Origin: Eledone cirrhosa
Lineage: Eukaryota
DNA: 64,000 nucleotides
Direction: 5' to 3'
NCBI GenBank assembly: GCA_964016885.1
Contig: OZ024741.1
Span: 263,314,001-263,378,000 of the forward strand
Below are positions 13,701-27,959 of this stretch, piece by piece (position 1 is the stretch's first letter; every line of letters begins with the position of its first letter). Under the pieces are notes generated by a model that saw only the letters and a program-made list of their open reading frames with translations, did no database searches and had not been told where the DNA came from. A program made the position numbers and the translations under genes.

Positions 13701-16700
13701 TATAGTATTTTGACCTGCTACATGATTTGGAGTGGGTGAATGTGGACTGTGTAGTGATATAGTGTTATGACCTACTACATGATTTGGAGTGGGTGAATGT
13801 GGACTGTGTAGTGATATAGTATTATGACCTGCTACATGATTTGGAGTGGGTGAATGTGGACTGTGTAGTGATATAGTGTTATGACCTGCTACATGATTTG
13901 GAGTGGGTGAATGTGGACTGTGTAGTGATATAGTGTTATGACCTACTACATGATTTGGAGTGGGTGAATGTGGACTGTGTAGTGATATAGTGTTTTGACC
14001 TGCTACATGATTTGGAGTGGGTGAATGTGGACTGTGTAGTGATATAGTATTATGACCTTCACGTGATTTGGAGTGTGTGAATGTGGACTGTGTAGTGATA
14101 TAGTGTTATGACCTACTACATGATTTGGAGTGGGTGAATGTGGACTGTGTTAGTGATATTATATTATGACCTGCTACATGATTTGGAGTGGGTGAATGTG
14201 GACTGTGTAGTGATATAGTGTTATGACCTACTACATGATTTGGAGTGGGTGAATGTGGACTGTGTAGTGATATAGTGTTATGACCTGCTACATGATTTGG
14301 AGTGGGTGAATGTGGACTGTGTAGTGATATAGTGTTATGACCTGCTACATGATTTGGAGTGGGTGAATGTGGACTGTGTAGTGATATAGTATTATGACCT
14401 GCTACATGATTTGGAGTGGGTGAATGTGGACTGTGTAGTGATATAGTATTATGACCTGCTACATGATTTGGAGTGGGTGAATGTGGACTGTGTAGTGATA
14501 TAGTGTTATGACCTTCACGTGATTTGGAGTGGGTGAATGTGGACTGTGTAGTGTAATAGTGTTATGACCTACTACATGATTTGGAGTGGGTGAATGTGGA
14601 CTGTGTTAAGGATATAGTATTATGACCTGCTACATGATTTGAAGTGGGTGAATGTGGACTGTGTAGTGATATAGTGTTATGACCTTCACGTGATTTGGAG
14701 TGGGTGAATGTGGACTGTGTAGTGATATAGTATTATGACCTGACACATGATTTGGAGTGGGTGAATGTGGACTGTGTAGTGATATAGTGTTATGACCTGC
14801 TACATGATTTGGAGTGGGTGAATGTGGACTGTGTAGTGATATAGTATTATGACCTGCTACATGATTTGGAGTGGGTGAATGTGGACTGTGTAGTGATATA
14901 GTATTATGACCTGCTACATGATTTGGAGTGGGTGAATGTGGACTGTGTAGTGATATAGTGTTTTGACCTGCTACATGATTTGGAGTGGGTGAATGTGGAC
15001 TGTGTAGTGATATAGTATTATGACCTTCACGTGATTTGGAGTGGGTGAATGTGGACTGTGTAGTGATATAGTATTATGACCTGCTACGTGATTTGCAGTG
15101 GGTGAATGTGGACTGTGTAGTGATATAGTATTATGACCTTCACGTGATTTGGAGTGGGTGAATGTGGACTGTGTAGTGATATAGTGTTATGACCTACTAC
15201 ATGATTTGGAGTGGGTGAATGTGGACTGTGTAGTGATATAGTGTTATGACCTACTACATGATTTGGAGTGGGTGAATGTGGACTGTGTAGTGATATAGTG
15301 TTTTGACCTGCTACATGATTTGGAGTGGGTGAATGTGGACTGTGTAGTGATATAGTATTATGACCTTCACGTGATTTGGAGTGTGTGAATGTGGACTGTG
15401 TAGTGATATAGTGTTATGACCTACTACATGATTTGGAGTGGGTGAATGTGGACTGTGTTAGTGATATTATATTATGACCTGCTACATGATTTGGAGTGGG
15501 TGAATGTGGACTGTGTAGTGATATAGTGTTATGACCTACTACATGATTTGGAGTGGGTGAATGTGGACTGTGTAGTGATATAGTGTTATGACCTGCTACA
15601 TGATTTGGAGTGGGTGAATGTGGACTGTGTAGTGATATAGTGTTATGACCTGCTACATGATTTGGAGTGGGTGAATGTGGACTGTGTAGTGATATAGTAT
15701 TATGACCTGCTACATGATTTGGAGTGGGTGAATGTGGACTGTGTAGTGATATAGTATTATGACCTGCTACATGATTTGGAGTGGGTGAATGTGGACTGTG
15801 TAGTGATATAGTGTTATGACCTTCACGTGATTTGGAGTGGGTGAATGTGGACTGTGTAGTGTAATAGTGTTATGACCTACTACATGATTTGGAGTGGGTG
15901 AATGTGGACTGTGTTAAGGATATAGTATTATGACCTGCTACATGATTTGGAGTGGGTGAATGTGGACTGTGTAGTGATATAGTGTTATGACCTTCACGTG
16001 ATTTGGAGTGGGTGAATGTGGACTGTGTAGTGATATAGTATTATGACCTGACACATGATTTGGAGTGGGTGAATGTGGACTGTGTAGTGATATAGTGTTA
16101 TGACCTGCTACATGATTTGGAGTGGGTGAATGTGGACTGTGTAGTGATATAGTGTTATGACCTGCTACATGATTTGGAGTGGGTGAATGTGGACTGTGTA
16201 GTGATATAGTATTATGACCTGCTACATGATTAGGAGTGGGTGAATGTGGACTGTGTAGTGATATAGTATTATGACCTGCTACATGATTTGGAGTGGGTGA
16301 ATGTGGACTGTGTAGTGATATAGTGTTTTGACCTGCTACATGATTTGGAGTGGGTGAATGTGGACTGTGTAGTGATATAGTATTATGACCTTCACGTGAT
16401 TTGGAGTGGGTGAATGTGGACTGTGTAGTGATATAGTATTATGACCTGCTACGTGATTTGCAGTGGGTGAATGTGGACTGTGTAGTGATATAGTATTATG
16501 ACCTTCACGTGATTTGGAGTGGGTGAATGTGGACTGTGTAGTGATATAGTGTTATGACCTGCTACATGATTTGGAGTGGGTGAATGTGGACTGTGTAGTG
16601 ATATAGTATTATGACCTGTCACGTGATTTGGAGTGGGTGAATGTGGACTGTGTAGTGATATAGTATTATGACCTGACACATGATTTGGAGTGGGTGAATG

Positions 16701-19700
16701 TGGACTGTGTAGTGATATAGTGTTATGACCTACTACATGATTTGGAGTGGGTGAATGTGGACTGTGTAGTGATATAGTGTTATGACCTACTACATGATTT
16801 GGAGTGGGTTAATGTGGACTGTGTAGTGATATAGTATTATGACCTTCTACATAATTTGGAGTGGGTGAATGTGGACTGTGTTAGTGATATAGTATTATGA
16901 CCTGCTACATGATTTGGAGTGGGTGAATGTGGACTGTGTAGTGAGATAGTATTATGACCTGCTACATGATTTGGAGTGGGTCAATGTGGACTGTGTAGTG
17001 ATATAGTGTTTTGACCTGCTACATGATTTGGAGTGGGTGAATGTGGACTGTGTAGTGATATAGTATTATGACCTTCACGTGATTTGGAGTGGGTGAATGT
17101 GGACTGTGTAGTGATATAGTATTATGACCTGCTACGTGATTTGCAGTGGGTGAATGTGGACTGTGTAGTGATATAGTATTATGACCTTCACGTGATTTGG
17201 AGTGGGTGAATGTGGACTGTGTAGTGATATAGTGTTATGACCTGCTACATGATTTGGAGTGGGTGAATGTGGACTGTGTAGTGATATAGTATTATGACCT
17301 GCTACGTGATTTGCAGTGGGTGAATGTGGACTGTGTAGTGATATAGTATTATGACCTTCACGTGATTTGGAGTGGGTGAATGTGGACTGTGTAGTGATAT
17401 AGTGTTATGACCTGCTACATGATTTGGAGTGGGTGAATGTGGACTGTGTAGTGATATAGTATTATGACCTGTCACGTGATTTGGAGTGGGTGAATGTGGA
17501 CTGTGTAGTGATATAGTATTATGACCTGTCACGTGATTTGGAGTGGGTGAATGTGGACTGTGTAGTGATATAGTATTATGACCTGACACATGATTTGGAG
17601 TGGGTGAATGTGGACTGTGTAGTGATATAGTATTGTGACCTTCACGTGATTTGGAGTGGGTGAATGTGGACTGTGTAGTGATATAGTATTATGACCTTCT
17701 ACATGATTTGGAGTGGGTGAATGTGGACTGTGTAGTGATATAGTATTATGACCTGCTACATGATTTGGAGTGGGTGAATGTGGACTGTGTAGTGATATAG
17801 TATTATTACCTGACACATGATTTGGAGTGGGTGAATGTGGACTGTGTAGTGATATAGTGTTATGACCTACTACATGATTTGGAGTGGGTGAATGTGGACT
17901 GTGTAGTGATATAGTGTTATGACCTACTACATGATTTGGAGTGGGTTAATGTGGACTGTGTAGTGATATAGTATTATGACCTTCTACATAATTTGGAGTG
18001 GGTGAATGTGGACTGTGTTAGTGATATAGTATTATGACCTGCTACATGATTTGGAGTGGGTGAATGTGGACTGTGTAGTGAGATAGTATTATGACCTGCT
18101 ACATGATTTGGAGTGGGTGAATGTGGACTGTGTAGTGATATAGTGTTTTGACCTGCTACATGATTTGGAGTGGGTGAATGTGGACTGTGTAGTGATATAG
18201 TATTATGACCTTCACGTGATTTGGAGTGGGTGAATGTGGACTGTGTAGTGATATAGTATTATGACCTGCTACGTGATTTGCAGTGGGTGAATGTGGACTG
18301 TGTACTGATATAGTATTATGACCTTCACGTGATTTGGAGTGGGTGAATGTGGACTGTGTAGTGATATAGTGTTATGACCTGCTACATGATTTGGAGTGGG
18401 TGAATGTGGACTGTGTAGTGATATAGTATTATGACCTGTCACGTGATTTGGAGTGGGTGAATGTGGACTGTGTAGTGATATAGTATTATGACCTGACACA
18501 TGATTTGGAGTGGGTGAATGTGGACTGTGTAGTGATATAGTATTAAGACCTGTCACGTGATTTGGAGTGGGTGAATGTGGACTGTGTAGTGATATAGTGT
18601 TATGACCTGCTACATGATTTGGAGTGGGTGAATGTGGACTGTGTAGTGATATAGTATTATGACCTGTCACGTGATTTGGAGTGGGTGAATGTGGACTGTG
18701 TAGTGATATAGTATTATGACCTGACACATGATTTGGAGTGGGTGAATGTGGACTGTGTAGTGATATAGTATTATGACCTTCACGTGATTTGGAGTGGGTG
18801 AATGTGGACTGTGTAGTGATATAGTATTATGACCTTCTACATGATTTGGAGTGGGTGAATGTGGACTGTGTAGTGATATAGTATTATGACCTGCTACATG
18901 ATTTGGAGTGGGTGAATGTGGACTGTGTAGTGATATAGTATTATGACCTGACACATGATTTGGAGTGGGTGAATGTGGACTGTGTAGTGATATAGTATTA
19001 TGACCTGTCACGTTATTTGGAGTGGGTGAATGTGGACTGTGTAGTGATATAGTGTTATGACCTACTACATGATTTGGAGTGGGTGAATGTGGACTGTGTA
19101 GTGATATAGTATTATGACCTTCACATGATTTGGAGTGGGTGAATGTGGACTGTGTAGTGATATAGTATTATGACCTGTCCCATGATTTGGAGTGGGTGAA
19201 TGTGGACTATGTAGTGATATAGTATTATGACCTGTCACATGATTTGGAGTGGGTGAATGTGGACTGTGTAGTGATATAGTATTATGACCTGCTACATGAT
19301 TTGGAGTGGGTGAATGTGGACTGTGTAGTGATATAGTGTTATGACCTACTACATGATTTGGAGTGTGTGAATGTGGACTGTGTAGTGATATAGTATTATG
19401 ACCTACTACATGACTTGGAGTGGGTGAATGTGGACTGTGTAGTGATATCGTATTATGACCTGCTACATGATTTGGAGTGGGTGAATGTGGACTGTATAGT
19501 GATATAGTATTTTGACCTGCTACATGATTTGGAGTGGGTGAATGTGGACTGTGTAGTGATATAGTGTTATGACCTACTACATGATTTGGAGTGGGTGAAT
19601 GTGGACTGTGTAGTGATATAGTATTATGACCTGCTACATGATTTGGAGTGGGTGAATGTGGACTGTGTAGTGATATAGTGTTATGACCTGCTACATGATT

Positions 19701-19790
19701 TGGAGTGGGTGAATGTGGACTGTGTAGTGATATAGTGTTATGACCTACTACATGATTTGGAGTGGGTGAATGTGGACTGTGTAGTGATAT
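8100..19790. repeat. Higher-order tandem duplication, period 5802 bp (~102 monomers), 2 near-identical copies
   Basis: GTAATAGT 8751/14553 and 10059/15861; TTTTGACC 8191/13993. ORF pairs 10647/16449, 11500/17302, 12467/18269 and 12865/18667 are all +5802. Rare variants GATTAGG, GGGTCAAT, ATTGTGAC, TTAAGAC, GTCCCAT and ATCGTA are shared. Confidence 0.95.
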
Positions 19791-22700
19791 AGTGTTATGA
19801 CCTACTACATGATTTGGAGTGGGTGAATGTGGACTGTGTAGTGATATAGTGTTTTGACCTGCTACATGTTTTGGAGTGGGTGAATGTGGACTGTGTAGTG
19901 ATATAGTATTATGACCTTCACGTGATTTGGAGTGGGTGAATGTGGACTGTGTAGTGATATAGTGTTATGACCTACTACATGATTTGGAGTGGGTGAATGT
20001 GGACTGTGTAGTGATATAGTATTATGATCTGACACATGATTTGGAGTGGGTGAATGTGGACTGTGTAGTGATATAGTATTATGACCTGTCACGTTATTTG
20101 AAGTGGGTGAATGTGGACTGTGTAGTGATATAGTGTTATGACCTACTACATGATTTGGAGTCGGTGAATGTGGACTGTGTAGTGATATAGTATTATGACC
20201 TTCACGTGATTTGGAGTGGGTGAATGTGGACTGTGTAGTGATATAGTATTATGACCTGTCACATGATTTGGAGTGGGTGAATGTGGACTGTGTAGTGATA
20301 TAATATTATGACCTGTCACATGATTTGGAGTGGGTGAATGTGGACTGTGTAGTGATATAGTATTATGACCTGTCACATGGTTTGGAGTGGGTGAATGTGG
20401 ACTGTGTAATGATATAGTATTATGACCTGTCACATGATTTGGAGTGGGTGAATGTGGACTGTGTAGTGATATAGTATTATGACCTGTCACATGATTTGGA
20501 GTGGGTGAATGTGGACTGTGTAGTGATATAGTGTTATGACATGCTACATGATTTGGAGTGGGTGAATGTGGACTGTGTAGTGATATAGTATTATGACCTG
20601 CTACATGATTTGGAGTGGGTGAATGTGGACTGTGTAGTGAAATAGTATTATGACCTGCTACATGATTTGGAGTGGGTGAATGTGGACTGTGTAGTGATAT
20701 AGTGTTATGACCTACTACATGATTTGGAGTGGGTGAATGTGGACTGTGTAGTGATATAGTATTATGTCCTGCTACATGATTTGGAGTGGGTGAATGTGGA
20801 CTGTGTAGTGATATAGTGTTATGACCTGCTACATGATTTGGAGTGGGTGAATGTGGACTGTGTAGTGATATAGTGTTATGACCTACTACATGATTTGGAG
20901 TGGGTGAATGTGGACTGTGTAGTGATATAGTGTTATGACCTACTACATGATTTGGAGTGGGTGAATGTGGACTGTGTAGTGATATAGTATTATGATCTGT
21001 CACATGATTTGGAGTGGGTGAATGTGGACTGTGTAGTGATATAGTATTATGACCTGCTACATGATTTGGAGTGGGTGAATGTGGACTGTGTAGTGATATA
21101 GTATTATGACCTTCACGTGATTTGGAGTGGGTGAATGTGGACTGTGTAGTGATATAGTATTATGACCTGCTACATGATTTGGAGTGGGTGAATGTGGACT
21201 GTGTAGTGATATAGTGTTATGACCTGCTACATAATTTGGAGTGGGTGAATGTGGACTGTGTAGTGATATAGTATTATGACCTGACACATGATTTGGAGTG
21301 GGTGAATGTGGACTGTGTAGTGATATAGTGTTATGACCTTCACGTGATTTGGAGTGGGTGAATGTGGACTGTGTAGTGATATAGTATTATGACCTGTTAC
21401 ATGATTTGGAGTGCGTGAATGTGGACTGTGTAGTGATATAGTGTTATGACCTGCTACATGATTTGGAGTGGGTGAATGTGGACTGTGTAGTGATATAGTA
21501 TTATGACCTGACACATGATTTGGAGTGGGTGAATGTGGACTGTGTAGTGATATAGTGTTATGACCTTCACGTGATTTGGAGTGGGTGAATGTGGACTGTG
21601 TAGTGATATAGTATTATGACCTGCTACATGATTTGGAGTGGGTGAATGTTGACTGTGTAGTGATATAGTGTTATGACCTACTACATGATTTGGAGTTGGT
21701 GAATGTGGACTGTGTTAGTGATATTATATTATGACCTGCTACATGATTTGGAGTGGGTGAATGTGGACTGTGTAGTGATATAGTGTTATGACCTACTACA
21801 TGATTTGGAGTGGGTGAATGTGGACTGTGTAGTGATATAGTGTTATGACCTGCTACATGATTTGGAGTGGGTGAATGTGGACTGTGTAGTGATATAGTGT
21901 TATGACCTGCTACATGATTTGGAGTGGGTGAATGTGGACTGTGTAGTGATATAGTATTATGACCTGCTACATGATTTGGAGTGGGTGAATGTGGACTGTG
22001 TAGTGATATAGTATTATGACCTGCTACATGATTTGGAGTGGGTGAATGTGGACTGTGTAGTGATATAGTATTATAACCTTCTACATAATTTGGAGTGGGT
22101 GAATGTGGACTGTGTTAGTGATATAGTATTATGACCTGCTACATGATTTGGAGTGGGTGAATGTGGACTGTGTAGTGAGATAGTATTATGACCTGCTACA
22201 TGATTTGGAGTGGGTCAATGTGGACTGTGTAGTGATATAGTGTTTTGACCTGCTACATGATTTGGAGTGGGTGAATGTGGACTGTGTAGTGATATAGTAT
22301 TATGACCTTCACGTGATTTGGAGTGGGTGAATGTGGACTGTGTAGTGATATAGTATTATGACCTGCTACGTGATTTGCAGTGGGTGAATGTGGACTGTGT
22401 AGTGATATAGTATTATGACCTTCACGTGATTTGGAGTGGGTGAATGTGGACTGTGTAGTGATATAGTGTTATGACCTGCTACATGATTTGGAGTGGGTGA
22501 ATGTGGACTGTGTAGTGATATAGTATTATGACCTGCTACGTGATTTGCAGTGGGTGAATGTGGACTGTGTAGTGATATAGTATTATGACCTTCACGTGAT
22601 TTGGAGTGGGTGAATGTGGACTGTGTAGTGATATAGTGTTATGACCTGCTACATGATTTGGAGTGGGTGAATGTGGACTGTGTAGTGATATAGTATTATG

Positions 22701-25700
22701 ACCTGTCACGTGATTTGGAGTGGGTGAATGTGGACTGTGTAGTGATATAGTATTATGACCTGTCACGTGATTTGGAGTGGGTGAATGTGGACTGTGTAGT
22801 GATATAGTATTATGACCTGACACATGATTTGGAGTGGGTGAATGTGGACTGTGTAGTGATATAGTATTATGACCTTCACGTGATTTGGAGTGGGTGAATG
22901 TGGACTGTGTAGTGATATAGTATTATGACCTTCTACATGATTTGGAGTGGGTGAATGTGGACTGTGTAGTGATATAGTATTATGACCTGCTACATGATTT
23001 GGAGTGGGTGAATGTGGACTGTGTAGTGATATAGTATTATTACCTGACACATGATTTGGAGTGGGTGAATGTGGACTGTGTAGTGATATAGTGTTATGAC
23101 CTACTACATGATTTGGAGTGGGTGAATGTGGACTGTGTAGTGATATAGTGTTATGACCTACTACATGATTTGGCGTGGGTTAATGTGGACTGTGTAGTGA
23201 TATAGTATTATGACCTTCTACATAATTTGGAGTGGGTGAATGTGGACTGTGTTAGTGATATAGTATTATGACCTGCTACATGATTTGGAGTGGGTGAATG
23301 TGGACTGTGTAGTGAGATAGTATTATGACCTGCTACATGATTTGGAGTGGGTGAATGTGGACTGTGTAGTGATATAGTGTTTTGACCTGCTACATGATTT
23401 GGAGTGGGTGAATGTGGACTGTGTAGTGATATAGTATTATGACCTTCACGTGATTTGGAGTGGGTGAATGTGGACTGTGTAGTGATATAGTATTATGACC
23501 TGCTACGTGATTTGCAGTGGGTGAATGTGGACTGTGTACTGATATAGTATTATGACCTTCACGTGATTTGGAGTGGGTGAATGTGGACTGTGTAGTGATA
23601 TAGTGTTATGACCTGCTACATGATTTGGAGTGGGTGAATGTGGACTGTGTAGTGATATAGTATTATGACCTGTCACGTGATTTGGAGTGGGTGAATGTGG
23701 ACTGTGTAGTGATATAGTATTATGACCTGACACATGATTTGGAGTGGGTGAATGTGGACTGTGTAGTGATATAGTATTAAGACCTGTCACGTGATTTGGA
23801 GTGGGTGAATGTGGACTGTGTAGTGATATAGTGTTATGACCTGCTACATGATTTGGAGTGGGTGAATGTGGACTGTGTAGTGATATAGTATTATGACCTG
23901 TCACGTGATTTGGAGTGGGTGAATGTGGACTGTGTAGTGATATAGTATTATGACCTGACACATGATTTGGAGTGGGTGAATGTGGACTGTGTAGTGATAT
24001 AGTATTATGACCTTCACGTGATTTGGAGTGGGTGAATGTGGACTGTGTAGTGATATAGTATTATGACCTTCTACATGATTTGGAGTGGGTGAATGTGGAC
24101 TGTGTAGTGATATAGTATTATGACCTGCTACATGATTTGGAGTGGGTGAATGTGGACTGTGTAGTGATATAGTATTATGACCTGACACATGATTTGGAGT
24201 GGGTGAATGTGGACTGTGTAGTGATATAGTATTATGACCTGTCACGTTATTTGGAGTGGGTGAATGTGGACTGTGTAGTGATATAGTGTTATGACCTACT
24301 ACATGATTTGGAGTGGGTGAATGTGGACTGTGTAGTGATATAGTATTATGACCTTCACATGATTTGGAGTGGGTGAATGTGGACTGTGTAGTGATATAGT
24401 ATTATGACCTGTCCCATGATTTGGAGTGGGTGAATGTGGACTATGTAGTGATATAGTATTATGACCTGTCACATGATTTGGAGTGGGTGAATGTGGACTG
24501 TGTAGTGATATAGTATTATGACCTGCTACATGATTTGGAGTGGGTGAATGTGGACTGTGTAGTGATATAGTGTTATGACCTACTACATGATTTGGAGTGT
24601 GTGAATGTGGACTGTGTAGTGATATAGTATTATGACCTACTACATGACTTGGAGTGGGTGAATGTGGACTGTGTAGTGATATCGTATTATGACCTGCTAC
24701 ATGATTTGGAGTGGGTGAATGTGGACTGTATAGTGATATAGTATTTTGACCTGCTACATGATTTGGAGTGGGTGAATGTGGACTGTGTAGTGATATAGTG
24801 TTATGACCTACTACATGATTTGGAGTGGGTGAATGTGGACTGTGTAGTGATATAGTATTATGACCTGCTACATGATTTGGAGTGGGTGAATGTGGACTGT
24901 GTAGTGATATAGTGTTATGACCTGCTACATGATTTGGAGTGGGTGAATGTGGACTGTGTAGTGATATAGTGTTATGACCTACTACATGATTTGGAGTGGG
25001 TGAATGTGGACTGTGTAGTGATATAGTGTTATGACCTACTACATGATTTGGAGTGGGTGAATGTGGACTGTGTAGTGATATAGTGTTTTGACCTGCTACA
25101 TGTTTTGGAGTGGGTGAATGTGGACTGTGTAGTGATATAGTATTATGACCTTCACGTGATTTGGAGTGGGTGAATGTGGACTGTGTAGTGATATAGTGTT
25201 ATGACCTACTACATGATTTGGAGTGGGTGAATGTGGACTGTGTAGTGATATAGTATTATGATCTGACACATGATTTGGAGTGGGTGAATGTGGACTGTGT
25301 AGTGATATAGTATTATGACCTGTCACGTTATTTGAAGTGGGTGAATGTGGACTGTGTAGTGATATAGTGTTATGACCTACTACATGATTTGGAGTCGGTG
25401 AATGTGGACTGTGTAGTGATATAGTATTATGACCTTCACGTGATTTGGAGTGGGTGAATGTGGACTGTGTACTTATATAGTATTATGACCTGTCACATGA
25501 TTTGGAGTGGGTGAATGTGGACTGTGTAGTGATATAATATTATGACCTGTCACATGATTTGGAGTGGGTGAATGTGGACTGTGTAGTGATATAGTATTAT
25601 GACCTGTCACATGGTTTGGAGTGGGTGAATGTGGACTGTGTAATGATATAGTATTATGACCTGTCACATGATTTGGAGTGGGTGAATGTGGACTGTGTAG

Positions 25701-27170
25701 TGATATAGTATTATGACCTGTCACATGATTTGGAGTGGGTGAATGTGGACTGTGTAGTGATATAGTGTTATGACATGCTACATGATTTGGAGTGGGTGAA
25801 TGTGGACTGTGTAGTGATATAGTATTATGACCTGCTACATGATTTGGAGTGGGTGAATGTGGACTGTGTAGTGAAATAGTATTATGACCTGCTACATGAT
25901 TTGGAGTGGGTGAATGTGGACTGTGTAGTGATATAGTGTTATGACCTACTACATGATTTGGAGTGGGTGAATGTGGACTGTGTAGTGATATAGTATTATG
26001 TCCTGCTACATGATTTGGAGTGGGTGAATGTGGACTGTGTAGTGATATAGTGTTATGACCTGCTACATGATTTGGAGTGGGTGAATGTGGACTGTGTAGT
26101 GATATAGTGTTATGACCTACTACATGATTTGGAGTGGGTGAATGTGGACTGTGTAGTGATATAGTATTATGATCTGTCACATGATTTGGAGTGGGTGAAT
26201 GTGGACTGTGTAGTGATATAGTATTATGACCTGCTACATGATTTGGAGTGGGTGAATGTGGACTGTGTAGTGATATAGTATTATGACCTTCACGTGATTT
26301 GAAGTGGGTGAATGTGGACTGTGTAGTGATATAGTATTATGACCTGCTACATGATTTGGAGTGGGTGAATGTGGACTGTGTAGTGATATAGTGTTATGAC
26401 CTGCTACATAATTTGGAGTGGGTGAATGTGGACTGTGTAGTGATATAGTATTATGACCTGACACATGATTTGGAGTGGGTGAATGTGGACTGTGTAGTGA
26501 TATAGTGTTATGACCTTCACGTGATTTGGAGTGGGTGAATGTGGACTGTGTAGTGATATAGTATTATGACCTGTTACATGATTTGGAGTGGGTGAATGTG
26601 GACTGTGTAGTGATATAGTGTTATGACCTGCTACATGATATGGAGTGGGTGAATGTGGACTGTGTAGTGATATAGTATTATGACCTGACACATGATTTGG
26701 AGTGGGTGAATGTGGACTGTGTAGTGATATAGTATTATGACCTGCTACATGATTTGGAGTGGGTGAATGTTGACTGTGTAGTGATATAGTGTTATGACCT
26801 ACTACATGATTTGGAGTTGGTGAATGTGGACTGTGTTAGTGATATTATATTATGACCTGCTACATGATTTGGAGTGGGTGAATGTGGACTGTGTAGTGAT
26901 ATAGTGTTATGACCTACTACATGATTTGGAGTGGGTGAATGTGGACTGTGTAGTGATATAGTGTTATGACCTGCTACATGATTTGGAGTGGGTGAATGTG
27001 GACTGTGTAGTGATATAGTGTTATGACCTGCTACATGATTTGGAGTGGGTGAATGTGGACTGTGTAGTGATATAGTATTATGACCTGCTACATGATTTGG
27101 AGTGGGTGAATGTGGACTGTGTAGTGATATAGTATTATGACCTGCTACATGATTTGGAGTGGGTGAATGT
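16840..27170. repeat. Higher-order tandem duplication, period 5234 bp (~92 monomers), overlapping the 5802-bp duplication
   Basis: CTACATAA 16847/22081. ORFs 17302/22536, 18269/23503 and 19862/25096 are +5234. The offset falls to 5177 (21057/26234) and 5121 (TGTTGAC 21649/26770) through single-monomer differences. Confidence 0.92.
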
Positions 27171-27959
27171 GGACTGTGTAGTGATATAGTGTTATGACCT
27201 TCACGTGATTTGGAGTGGGTGAATGTGGACTGTGTAGTGTAATAGTGTTATGACCTACTACATGATTTGGAGTGGGTGAATGTGGACTGTGTTAAGGATA
27301 TAGTATTATGACCTGCTACATGATTTGGAGTGGGTGAATGTGGACTGTGTAGTGATATAGTGTTATGACCTTCACGTGATTTGGAGTGGGTGAATGTGGA
27401 CTGTGTAGTGATATAGTATTATGACCTGACACATGATTTGGAGTGGGTGAATGTGGACTGTGTAGTGATATAGTATTATGACCTGCTACATGATTTGGAG
27501 AGGGTGAATGTGGACTGTGTAGTGATATAGTATTATGACCTGCTACATGATTTGGAGTGGGTGAATGTGGACTGTGTAGTGATATAGTATTATGACCTTC
27601 ACGTGATTTGGAGTGGGTGAATGTGGACTGTGTAGTGATATAGTATTATGACCTTCTACATAATTTGGAGTAGGTGAATGTGGACTGTGTAGTGATATAG
27701 TATTATGACCTGTCACGTTATTTGGAGTGGGTGAATGTGGACTGTGTAGTGATATAGTGTTATGACCTACTACATGATTTGGAGTGGGTGAATGTGGACT
27801 GTGTAGTGATATAGTATTATGACCTTCACATGATTTGGAGTGGGTGAATGTGGACTGTGTAGTGATATAGTGTTATGACCTGCTACATGATTTGGAGTGG
27901 GTGAATGTGGACTGTGTAGTGATAAAGTATTATGACCTGTCACGTGATTTGGAGTGGGT

